Shown here: in pieces, positions 41,017 to 49,730 of the stretch | Position numbering within the stretch: position 1 is the stretch's first letter | Layout: the number at the start of each line of letters is the position of its first letter | Source of the DNA: Acidobacteriota bacterium | GTDB lineage: Bacteria; Acidobacteriota; Thermoanaerobaculia; Multivoradales; Multivoraceae | Direction: 5' to 3' | Assembly (NCBI GenBank): GCA_028875725.1 | Contig: JAPPCR010000023.1 | Span: forward strand, 405,620-469,619 | Length of the DNA: 64,000 nucleotides | Translations under genes and position numbers: made by a program | Notes under the pieces: model-generated | Database searches by the model: none | Seen by the model: the letters and a program-made list of their open reading frames with translations, nothing else | Told to the model about the DNA's origin: nothing

Positions 41017-42365
41017 TGCTGATGCCGACTTTCCGGGACTTCGTGCAGGGCCCCTGGAGGGAAGCCTGCTACGAGCGCTGCAAAGCGTCCACAAAGGCGC
41101 GGGTGGACAGCGCCCTGGGCGCACAGCTGTTGCCGACCTTCGGCCACTTACCCCTGGACGCGATAACGGCGGGAGATGTACACGCTTGGTTCGATCGCTA
41201 CAGCGAGAGAGCGCCCGGCGGCGCAAACCGCACGCTCGATGTCCTACGACAGATCCTGAACCACGCTGTCGCGTGTGGGCACCAAGACGCTAACCCCGCC
41301 CGTGGCATCGTGCGCAACGCGAGCCCGCTACGTACCCGCTTCCTCTCGCGAACCGAGGTTGCGCGCTTGCGCGCGGCACTCAGTGCGCATCGGGGGCGAG
41401 AGTCCGGCCGGCAACAGGCCGACATCATTCGCCTGCTGCTGCTTACAGGTTGCAGAAAGGGAGAGCTCGTTGGGCTCAGGTGGTCGGAGGTGAGCGAGGG
41501 CACACTGCGGCTACATGACAGCAAGACGGGCCCACGCTTGGTGTACCTGAACGACCAAGCGCAGCGCATACTCAGCCGCCAGCCGCGCAACGGCAGCCCG
41601 TTCGTCTTCCCATCGCTTTCCGACTCGTCGAAGCCCCGCTCCTCGGAGTTGTCCCTTTGGCGCAAGGTAAGGCGGGAAGCCCGGATCGAGGAGGTGCGTC
41701 TACACGATCTCCGTCACACGTTCGCGAGCCACGCTGTCATGCAGGGAGTGCCCTTGCCGGTCGTGTCGCGGCTGCTCGGCCACAGCCGCTCTCGAATGAG
41801 CCTTCGCTACGCACATGCGGGTGACCGGGAAACCGAGGCCGCCGCCGAGCGCATCGGCACCGCCCTTGCCTCGGTTCTTGGCGTGCCGACCGACGAGGAG
41901 AAAGTCGGGCTCGTGCCGGGGGAGAAGATTGGAACGTCTATCAGAACGGAGGCTCCCAATGCGCGCCCGGGTCGCGCGGCGACCGCTGCTAGGATCTCCT
42001 CCCCACTCGCACGCCGACAAGACCGCGCTGCCAACACGCTGGCTAGGGCGGTCGAGCGGAAGTGGCCGCACGACTCCCGCATGCACTCCTTGATCGAATC
42101 CCACCGGACTGAGATACGAGCCGTTGCTGGCCGCCACGGTTTCGAGGACGTGCGCGTGTTCGGCTCCATGGCCCGAGGGGACGCAGACGAGGGGAGCGAC
42201 GTGGATCTGCTCGTGACCCTGCCGAAGGGCCAGAGCGGCTTGGCCCTGGGAGCGTTGCTGATGGACGTCCAGGACCTGTTGGGGCGGCGAGTAGACGTGG
42301 TAACGGAGCGTAGTCTGCACCCCGATCTTCGGCACCGGATTCTGGAAGAAGCCCAGATCCTGTGA
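41016..42365 (+). CDS. tyrosine recombinase (second tandem copy) read-through fused to an MntA-type nucleotidyltransferase
   Basis: HDLRHTFASHAVMQG...LLGHSRSRMSLRYAH integrase box. No stop before the MNT domain. TGATG overlap with the upstream integrase. Confidence 0.65.
   Translation: MLMPTFRDFVQGPWREACYERCKASTKARVDSALGAQLLPTFGHLPLDAITAGDVHAWFDRYSERAPGGANRTLDVLRQILNHAVACGHQDANPARGIVRNASPLRTRFLSRTEVARLRAALSAHRGRESGRQQADIIRLLLLTGCRKGELVGLRWSEVSEGTLRLHDSKTGPRLVYLNDQAQRILSRQPRNGSPFVFPSLSDSSKPRSSELSLWRKVRREARIEEVRLHDLRHTFASHAVMQGVPLPVVSRLLGHSRSRMSLRYAHAGDRETEAAAERIGTALASVLGVPTDEEKVGLVPGEKIGTSIRTEAPNARPGRAATAARISSPLARRQDRAANTLARAVERKWPHDSRMHSLIESHRTEIRAVAGRHGFEDVRVFGSMARGDADEGSDVDLLVTLPKGQSGLALGALLMDVQDLLGRRVDVVTERSLHPDLRHRILEEAQIL
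42081..42365 (+). CDS. mntA: MntA-like minimal nucleotidyltransferase antitoxin (nested in-frame in the integrase ORF)
   Basis: GSMARGDADEGSDVDLLV is the GS-x9-13-DxD NTase motif. Internal ATG at 42081. 94 aa. Followed by hepT with a 4-nt overlap. Confidence 0.6.
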   Translation: MHSLIESHRTEIRAVAGRHGFEDVRVFGSMARGDADEGSDVDLLVTLPKGQSGLALGALLMDVQDLLGRRVDVVTERSLHPDLRHRILEEAQIL

Positions 42366-42721
42366 AGGCGGACAGGGGGACCGACCTGGTGCTCCTAGAG
42401 CACATCCGCGACCGCATCTCGCGCATCGGGGAGTACACCGGCGGCGATAGCTCGAAGTTCTTCGGTTCGACTCTCGTTCAGGATGCCGTAGTACGGAACC
42501 TGCAGACCATTGCCGAGTCGACCCAGCGGCTCAGTGAGACTCTCCGGGCCACGGAGCCGGAGATCCCTTGGCGCGCCATCGCGGGCTTCCGCAACGTTCT
42601 TGTGCACGACTACTTCGGAATCGACGTTGAGGCCGTGTGGACGGTCGTTGAACAGGATCTTCCGTCATTGGCGGCGGCCGTCGAACGCATGGCAGCCCTT
42701 GCTGCCGGGACGGCCCGCTAG
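42362..42721 (+). CDS. hepT: HepT-like HEPN toxin (DUF86)
   Basis: RNVLVHDY Rx4-6H HEPN motif. 119 aa. Coupled to the MNT domain. Confidence 0.75.
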   Translation: MKADRGTDLVLLEHIRDRISRIGEYTGGDSSKFFGSTLVQDAVVRNLQTIAESTQRLSETLRATEPEIPWRAIAGFRNVLVHDYFGIDVEAVWTVVEQDLPSLAAAVERMAALAAGTAR

Positions 42722-42852
42722 CCGAAGTGAGCGTTCCGGCAGTTGCCAGTGTCGTCATGTAGGGCAGCCGTCTTGTCGTGCACCGACTGCGGGAGTGACC
42801 GCTTCTGGATTCCGACCGCCTAAATTGGTCATCGCCGCCAGAATCAAGGAGA

Positions 42853-45849
42853 ATGGAGTTGCGTAAGAAGCTGATCGAGGTGGCGTTGCCGTTGGATGCA
42901 ATCAACGCGGCTTCAGCGAGGGAGAAGTCGATTCGGCACGGACATCCGTCGACCTTGCACCTGTGGTGGGCTCGAAGGCCGTTGGCCGCCGCTCGGGCGG
43001 TCATCTTCGCGCAGATGGTGGACGATCCGTCGGAGTACGTCGACGTGCTGCTGTCGGACCCGGCTAAGAAGCGAGCCGTGCATGGAGAGTTGAAGAAGCG
43101 CCGCGCGAAGGCAAGGTCAAGTGTCGGCACGGACTCCGGCGCTTCGGACGATCGGCAGGCTCTGGCCGATGTCGCAGCGGAGCTTGAACGTGAGCGGCTG
43201 TTCGGGATTCTCAGGGAGCTCGTGAAGTGGGAGAACACGACCAATGAAGAGCTGCTGGACCAGGCCACGACCGAGATCTGGCGGAGCTGGCGGCGCGCCT
43301 GCGCCGAGAACGCCGACCACCCGCACGCGAAGGAACTGTTCGACCGTCACAAGCTCCCCGCCTTCCACGATCCCTTCGCCGGGGGCGGAGCATTGCCGCT
43401 CGAAGCGCAACGGCTGGGTCTGGAGGCGCATTCCAGCGACCTGAACCCGGTAGCGGTCTTGATCAACAAGGCAATGATCGAGATTCCGCCGATGTTTGGC
43501 GGTCGGGAGCCGGTGAATCTGGAGTCTCGGAAGGAGCCAGCCGTCGTAGCTCGGCGGTGGCGCGGCGCGCAGGGCCTGGCCGAGGACGTCCGCTACTACG
43601 GTCGTTGGATGCGGGACGAAGCTCAGAGGCGGGTCGGCCATCTCTATCCGCAGGTTGAGGTTACCCCTGCGATGGTCCGGGAGCGCTCCGACCTGAAGCA
43701 GTACGAGGGCCTGCGTTTGACCGTGATCGCTTGGCTCTGGGCGCGTACCGTGAAGAGCCCGAATCCGGCATTTGCCAACGTGAACGTGCCACTCGTCTCG
43801 ACGTTCATGTTGTCAACGAAGAGGGGCAAGGAGGCGTATGTCGAGCCGGTGATTCAGGGCCGTGCCTACCGGTTCGAGGTCCGGGCGGGGCAGCCACCAG
43901 ACGTGGCGACCGCGAAGCAAGGTACAACGGCAGGGAAACGACGAGCGTTTCGGTGCCTTATGTCCGGGCTTCCCGGCACTCCTGTCTCTTACGAGCACAT
44001 TCGCGCACAAGGGCGAGCAGGCGCCATGGCTGAACGTCTAATGGCCATCGTGGCCGAGGGTGACCGAGAGCGTGTCTACCTCAGCCCAACGCCAGAGCAC
44101 GAAGGCGTAGCGGGCGCCATCGCTGCGTCCTGGAAGCCCGACATGCCACTACCGGACAACCCGAGGGACTTCAAGACTCCAAACTACGGACTAACGTCCT
44201 TCGGCGATCTCTTCACTCCGCGTCAACTCGTGGCCTTGACGACCTTCTCCGACTTGGTGGGGGAGGCAACGGAGCGCGTTCGCCTCGACGCGGCGGCCGC
44301 CGGTCTTTCCGACGACGGCCGACCACTGCGCGACGGCGGCACCGGTGCGACCGCGTATGCCGAGGCGGTAGGGGTGTATCTGGCGTTTGCAGTGGACTAC
44401 GCTTCGAACTACTGGTCGACCATCGCTACACCCGCAGAAGGCTTCATCCGTGGCACGTTCGCACGGCAAGCCCTTCCGATGACATGGGACTACGCCGAGG
44501 CTCCTCCCTTTGGAGCGACTAGCGGTAACTGGCTTGCGGGGGTGGAGTGGATCTCGAAGGCGCTGGATTCCCTGCCAGGGGCGACGTCCACGCAAACCGG
44601 TTGCGCGGTCCAGGCTGATGCAGCGCGGCAGACTATTGCGCGTCAGGCCCTCGTCTCCACAGACCCTCCCTACTACGACAACATCGGCTATGCGGACCTG
44701 TCGGATTACTTCTACGTCTGGCTCCGCCGCTCTCTCAAGTCGGTCTTTCCCGAGCTGTTCGCCACGCTGGCGGTTCCGAAGGCCGAGGAGCTTGTTGCCA
44801 CGCCCTATCGTCACGGGAGCAAGGCAGCTGCTGAGTCGTTCTTCCTTGAGGGCATGACAGAGGCGATTGGGCGGCTCGCAGGGCAAGCGCATTCGGGGTT
44901 TCCGGTCACGATCTACTACGCCTTCAAGCAGTCGGAGAGGAAGGGAAGCATCGGAACGGCTAGCACGGGGTGGGAGACGTTCCTCGGCGCCGTCATCCGA
45001 TCAGGCTTTGCGATCACCGGTACTTGGCCAATACGTACGGAGAGAGGGGCAAGATCGATAAGCATCGGCACCAACGCCCTCGCCTCTAGCATCGTCCTCG
45101 TCTGCCGGCCGCGCCCGGCCGATGCTCCGCTCGCCACTCGTCGTGAGCTTCTGGCCGCACTCCGCGCCCAACTCCCCCACGCTCTTCGCCTTCTTCAATC
45201 CGGCAACGTCGCCCCTGTCGACCTCGCCCAGGCGGCCATCGGCCCCGGCATGGCCGTTTACACACGCTACGCGAAGGTGCTCGACGCATCGGGAGAGGTC
45301 GTGCCGGTCAGGGAAGCGCTCGCGCTGATCAACCAGGTCCTCGATGAAGTGCTGGCCGAGCAGGAAGGCGATTTCGACGCCGACAGCCGATGGGCACTGG
45401 CGTGGTTCGAGCAGCATGGCTTCGCCGAGGGGGACTACGGCGTTGCGGAGACGCTCTCCAAGGCCAAGAACACGGCCGTAGCGGGGATGGTCGAGGCCGG
45501 GATCCTCGACTCCCGCGGCGGAAAGGTCCGCCTGTTGTCGCCCAAGGAGCTACCCGACACCTGGGATCCCATCACGGACGCGCGCCTCACCACCTGGGAG
45601 GCGGTCCACCACCTGATCCGCGTTCTTGAGTCCGACGGCGAAACGGGTGCAGCAGATTTGGTCGCCAAGCTGGGCGGGTTCGCGGATACGGCCCGTGAAC
45701 TCTGCTACCGCCTGTACACGGTGTGCGAACGGAAGAAGCGTGCCGGCGACGCCTTGTCCTACAACGGCCTAGTGCAAAGCTGGCCGGAGATCATGCGACT
45801 GGCCCAATCTCGCGAGCCCGAACCCGAGCCCGAACAGATGGAACTCTGA
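42853..45849 (+). CDS. DUF1156-domain DNA methyltransferase (full length, 998 aa)
   Basis: N-terminal DUF1156 block ([19 protein letters not shown]), a methylase core, and an [28 protein letters not shown]-type catalytic motif (N6-A/N4-C class). AAGGAGA SD. Confidence 0.8.
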   Translation: MELRKKLIEVALPLDAINAASAREKSIRHGHPSTLHLWWARRPLAAARAVIFAQMVDDPSEYVDVLLSDPAKKRAVHGELKKRRAKARSSVGTDSGASDDRQALADVAAELERERLFGILRELVKWENTTNEELLDQATTEIWRSWRRACAENADHPHAKELFDRHKLPAFHDPFAGGGALPLEAQRLGLEAHSSDLNPVAVLINKAMIEIPPMFGGREPVNLESRKEPAVVARRWRGAQGLAEDVRYYGRWMRDEAQRRVGHLYPQVEVTPAMVRERSDLKQYEGLRLTVIAWLWARTVKSPNPAFANVNVPLVSTFMLSTKRGKEAYVEPVIQGRAYRFEVRAGQPPDVATAKQGTTAGKRRAFRCLMSGLPGTPVSYEHIRAQGRAGAMAERLMAIVAEGDRERVYLSPTPEHEGVAGAIAASWKPDMPLPDNPRDFKTPNYGLTSFGDLFTPRQLVALTTFSDLVGEATERVRLDAAAAGLSDDGRPLRDGGTGATAYAEAVGVYLAFAVDYASNYWSTIATPAEGFIRGTFARQALPMTWDYAEAPPFGATSGNWLAGVEWISKALDSLPGATSTQTGCAVQADAARQTIARQALVSTDPPYYDNIGYADLSDYFYVWLRRSLKSVFPELFATLAVPKAEELVATPYRHGSKAAAESFFLEGMTEAIGRLAGQAHSGFPVTIYYAFKQSERKGSIGTASTGWETFLGAVIRSGFAITGTWPIRTERGARSISIGTNALASSIVLVCRPRPADAPLATRRELLAALRAQLPHALRLLQSGNVAPVDLAQAAIGPGMAVYTRYAKVLDASGEVVPVREALALINQVLDEVLAEQEGDFDADSRWALAWFEQHGFAEGDYGVAETLSKAKNTAVAGMVEAGILDSRGGKVRLLSPKELPDTWDPITDARLTTWEAVHHLIRVLESDGETGAADLVAKLGGFADTARELCYRLYTVCERKKRAGDALSYNGLVQSWPEIMRLAQSREPEPEPEQMEL

Positions 45850-45862
45850 CCGCCGTCGTTTC

Positions 45863-46276
45863 GTGGCTCTCGATCTCGACGCGGCAAACCGCCTGCTCAC
45901 TGAACTCCCGGAGGGAGTCCAATTCTCACGACGTCCTGATGGCGCCTGGATGCTCCGCACTCAGTTCGCGTTCCCCGACGGGGACAGGCTTCCCATAACG
46001 GCGACCGAGACGGAAGACGGCTACTTGCGTCTCTCCGACCGCGGCCACACCGTCATGCACGCCAGCTATGACAACGATGTCGACGTGCTCTTTGTGGGAG
46101 AACACCGAACGCGCCTGGAAGAAATCCTCCGCAAAGCCGGCGTCGAACAGCATCATGGCGCTCTCCGCATCGACACACGCGCGAAGGACCTGGCCGACGC
46201 TGTGCTCCGTCTTGGCCAAGCCGCCATGAGCGTCTTCGAACTGGCCAGCGTCCGTCAAGGCCCCCGACCGTCGTAG
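45863..46276 (+). CDS. hypothetical protein (137 aa) between the MTase and the DUF499 gene
   Basis: GTG start 13 nt after the MTase stop. No recognisable motif. May be an accessory protein of the defence module. Confidence 0.35.
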   Translation: MALDLDAANRLLTELPEGVQFSRRPDGAWMLRTQFAFPDGDRLPITATETEDGYLRLSDRGHTVMHASYDNDVDVLFVGEHRTRLEEILRKAGVEQHHGALRIDTRAKDLADAVLRLGQAAMSVFELASVRQGPRPS

Positions 46277-46351
46277 ATGCTGGGCGGAACCCGCGCCGCC
46301 TCGACGCTAAGGCTGTGTCCCAGTGGCTCCCGGGGCGCGGCGACCCTCCGA

Positions 46352-49300
46352 CTACTCCCGCTCGAAACCGTGACTGTTGAACTTCAGCGTTTGGCTGTTC
46401 TCCGTCACGGTGCGGACGACATGGTCCGGCGCCCCTTCCGGTATGTCGGCCTCGATCTCCAAGGTCACCGTCACGTTCGCCCCGACGAGGCCTGAGAGAT
46501 GGGTGATCACTTCCTCTGCGATTCGACTCGCGTCGAGACCGGCGCGAGTCGCGTCGAGCGAGACGCTGCCATGGAAGCGCTTGGGGCCGAGGTCAAGTGA
46601 CGGGATCGGGTCGGGAGTTGGGGGCTCGTCGGAACCGACTGGATCGCCGCCCTTGGGGGGCTGAGGCGCAACTGGTTCTTCTTCCGCGTCAAGCTGCTGC
46701 CGGGCGGCGGCTGGTCTGACCAGAATCCCCGGAGCCGCCGGATCCGTCAGCGGGACAATTTGGCCGGCACGGAGTCCTCGATACCGGCCCAACTCCTCGT
46801 CGAAGCTATCCGCGAAAGCGAACGTGTCTTTCTCCCAGGTCAGCAGCACCACGCCGTCCGCTGCGGCCCCTAGCAACACAGCCGGATCCTGGAGACGCGG
46901 CAGATAGAGATACTGCGCGAAGTCCTCGATGAGCTGCGTTATCGATACATGCTCGCCACGCCACAGCGGAACCCGCTCAAGTTCGATCTTCAGGCGGGTG
47001 CCGGAGAACGTGGAGGCAAGTACGTCGTCGCTCTTCAGACGGTTGGCGGCTCGAACCGCGAGGGCGCCGTGGCCAGAGAGCCGGGTCGTCTCCCAAGACA
47101 CCGGCGCAGCGGGGTCCTTCTGCACCGGCGCGAGCAACCATTGGTACGTCTCGGGCAGCCGGGCCGTGACGGCCTCGGCGGCGGCTCGGCGCTGGGTCTC
47201 CGCCTGCTTGACCTGGTGCGGGGAAAGATCGAGTGCTTCTCGCTCCGCGAGTACGGACTCCCACGCCAAGTCACGGCGAACCGCTTCGTCGAGGTCCTGT
47301 AACCGGGTTTGGTCGGGCGCCAGAAAGACAAGGGTGTTGCGATACAGCCGCGGCGAGGCGCCCCGAGATTCGAGGATGGCTGCAGCGGCTGTTTCCGCGG
47401 GGGATCCCGGTTCCTTCCGGTACCCGTGATCGATGCCGAGGACCACGAGGCGGACCTCACGTTCGTCCGGCACTTCGTGGCCAGACTGTGGAGCCGTGTG
47501 AATGCGGCTGAAGCCGGCGGTCTCTCGCAGGGCCGTGCGCAGACTCGCGACGATCGCCTGCGCAACCTTGTCCGGCTCTCGACGCAACTGCTCGGCGCGG
47601 TCTTCGGCCAGCTTCGTGACGGTAGCCCGCGTGTCGTACCAGTAGCGGCTTCCGTCCTGGTAGAGGTAGGTCGCGTTGGCCGCGAGCCGCCGCAAGGCGT
47701 CCCCGAAGACCGCCGACGACTCCCCAGGAAACACGCAGCCCAGCTTGATTCTGCGGTCCTCGAGGCCGCGCTGGGCTGAGCCCGCACTGGGAGCAGAGCC
47801 CAGGTACACGGTCCGCGCCACGCGCCGGCAGGCGGAGAACTTGCCCAGGTTCGCTACGTCGCCATCGATCCGCTGCGGAAGGGCCTGCTGTCCGTCGACA
47901 TCCTTCTCGATCACGGGAACCCAGTTCTCCGGCAGGTAGCGCGTCAGCTCGAACTGCACCCGTGGATCGTCGATCGAGAGATTGGCCGGCAGGATGAGCG
48001 GGCTGCTGTCGCCCTTTTGCCAGAGGCTGTGGATGACCGCCGCCATCAATCGCAGCACGCCGCGGGTCCGCTGGAAGGTCACCAAGGTCGACCAGTCCGA
48101 GTAGAGGCGGTCGAAGATCTCAGGATGAATGGGATAGGCCGCCTTCAGACGTTGTTCGTAGTCCGCGTTTCGACACTCGGGTGGAAACTCATGTTGCTGG
48201 CCTCGGTAGAGATCGGCAAACGCCCGCGCAACTACATCGCGGTCTGTGAACTGCGCTGAGTCGGCGAAAGGCTCGAACAACCGCCGGCGAACAATCTCGA
48301 ACCCCTCCTCGGCGCTCGCGGGCCGCCAGGACGACTCGATGCGGCCGATCACGTTGCGCAGCCGGTCAAGAGCTTCACGGCCGCGCTGGCCACCTACCTC
48401 GACATCGTCGGCCTGAGTGTGCGGGGAGGCAGAGGTGTCCGATGCTGGCAGGCTGACCACGAGAAGACAGTTGCCGGCCAGCTTCGCGGACTCGGTCAGC
48501 GCCTGCGCGAACGTGAACTGCGTCTCGAAGCTGCCAGCGGGGAGATCGCTCTGATCGTGAAGCTGTCGCGCGTAGGCGACCCACTCGTCAATCAGGATCA
48601 GGCAAGGGCCGTGCTCGACCAGGAGCTTCCGCAGAACATCACCTGGGCTCGTGGCGTGCTCGTCGTCCTTGGCGATGCGGGCATACGCCTCTGCACCACC
48701 GAGTTGCCAAGCGAGTTCACCCCATAGCGTCCTCACGACTGTGCCATCCGGCTTGGTGTCGGGATTGCCGGGCGAGATGCGGTTGCCGACCAGCACGACA
48801 CGCTTGACGGTCGGCAGATCCGGCGCCTCGACCTCCCGCATAACTGCCTCGACACCGGACAGGTCGTTTAAGGGAACGCCAGAACAAAGGTGGTAGAGGG
48901 CGAGCATCGAGTGGGTCTTGCCGCCACCGAAGTTCGTCTGTAGCTGCACTACCGGGTCGCCCCCCAGGCCGGCTAGCCTCTGCACGGCACCAGCCAGCAT
49001 TCTCTTGAGGCTCTCGGTCAGGTATGTGCGGCGGAAGAACTCCACCGGGTCCCGGTACTCCTCGCTCCCTTCGCCAAGATAGGTCTGCCAGAGGTCGGCG
49101 GCAAACTCGGCCTGCTGATAGCGGCCGCTGGCCACGTCCTGGTGCGGCGTCACGACCTGCCGCCACGGCTTGAGGTTCTTGGCTGCGCTCTCGACGGCCA
49201 GGCTCGCCTGTCGCCGCCGTTGACCACGCGCCTGCTCATCGAACCGGACCCGGAGCAGTTCCATCTTCAGCTTGTCGAGTTCGGCCGCCTCCTTTGCGGA

Positions 49301-49666
49301 TACAGCCGTCAGCAAGCGATTCGCCGTGTCGAGCGCCCGGTAGGCGTCGTCGCTGGAGAAGAACTCCTGGTGCGCCCAGCGGTTCCTGTGCCCGCGTAGT
49401 TCGCCCACAAAGCCGCGTTCGGCGGGCCCCAGGACATCCTGGAAGACCATTCTCCAGTTGTCCCACATCAGCTTGAGCAGGGCGGCGACGTCCCACTCCG
49501 TCAGGGGCCGCTTGCGCAGGTTCGGATCGTCGAACCAGTTCAGGACGCCGGCGTCGACACGCTTGTTCTTGATCGCGCGCTTCAGCTCGCGGTCGACGAA
49601 CGGGCCAAGGCCCGCCTTCAGGAGATCGAGCGCCTTACCGACGCGCTCGTGATTCGTTGTGGCCAT
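46352..49666 (-). CDS. DUF499-family P-loop ATPase with N-terminal Swt1-like HEPN domain
   Basis: N-terminus RGHRNRWAHQEF (Rx4H HEPN). Walker A QTNFGGGKTHSM. Walker B-like LILIDEWVAYARQ. 1104 aa. Confidence 0.75.
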   Translation of the reverse strand: MATTNHERVGKALDLLKAGLGPFVDRELKRAIKNKRVDAGVLNWFDDPNLRKRPLTEWDVAALLKLMWDNWRMVFQDVLGPAERGFVGELRGHRNRWAHQEFFSSDDAYRALDTANRLLTAVSAKEAAELDKLKMELLRVRFDEQARGQRRRQASLAVESAAKNLKPWRQVVTPHQDVASGRYQQAEFAADLWQTYLGEGSEEYRDPVEFFRRTYLTESLKRMLAGAVQRLAGLGGDPVVQLQTNFGGGKTHSMLALYHLCSGVPLNDLSGVEAVMREVEAPDLPTVKRVVLVGNRISPGNPDTKPDGTVVRTLWGELAWQLGGAEAYARIAKDDEHATSPGDVLRKLLVEHGPCLILIDEWVAYARQLHDQSDLPAGSFETQFTFAQALTESAKLAGNCLLVVSLPASDTSASPHTQADDVEVGGQRGREALDRLRNVIGRIESSWRPASAEEGFEIVRRRLFEPFADSAQFTDRDVVARAFADLYRGQQHEFPPECRNADYEQRLKAAYPIHPEIFDRLYSDWSTLVTFQRTRGVLRLMAAVIHSLWQKGDSSPLILPANLSIDDPRVQFELTRYLPENWVPVIEKDVDGQQALPQRIDGDVANLGKFSACRRVARTVYLGSAPSAGSAQRGLEDRRIKLGCVFPGESSAVFGDALRRLAANATYLYQDGSRYWYDTRATVTKLAEDRAEQLRREPDKVAQAIVASLRTALRETAGFSRIHTAPQSGHEVPDEREVRLVVLGIDHGYRKEPGSPAETAAAAILESRGASPRLYRNTLVFLAPDQTRLQDLDEAVRRDLAWESVLAEREALDLSPHQVKQAETQRRAAAEAVTARLPETYQWLLAPVQKDPAAPVSWETTRLSGHGALAVRAANRLKSDDVLASTFSGTRLKIELERVPLWRGEHVSITQLIEDFAQYLYLPRLQDPAVLLGAAADGVVLLTWEKDTFAFADSFDEELGRYRGLRAGQIVPLTDPAAPGILVRPAAARQQLDAEEEPVAPQPPKGGDPVGSDEPPTPDPIPSLDLGPKRFHGSVSLDATRAGLDASRIAEEVITHLSGLVGANVTVTLEIEADIPEGAPDHVVRTVTENSQTLKFNSHGFERE

Positions 49667-49730
49667 AAGGGCGCGAGTCTAGTGCCGTCCGGTGTCCAAT
49701 GCACTTGACGCAGACGCAGGGGCGACGCAG

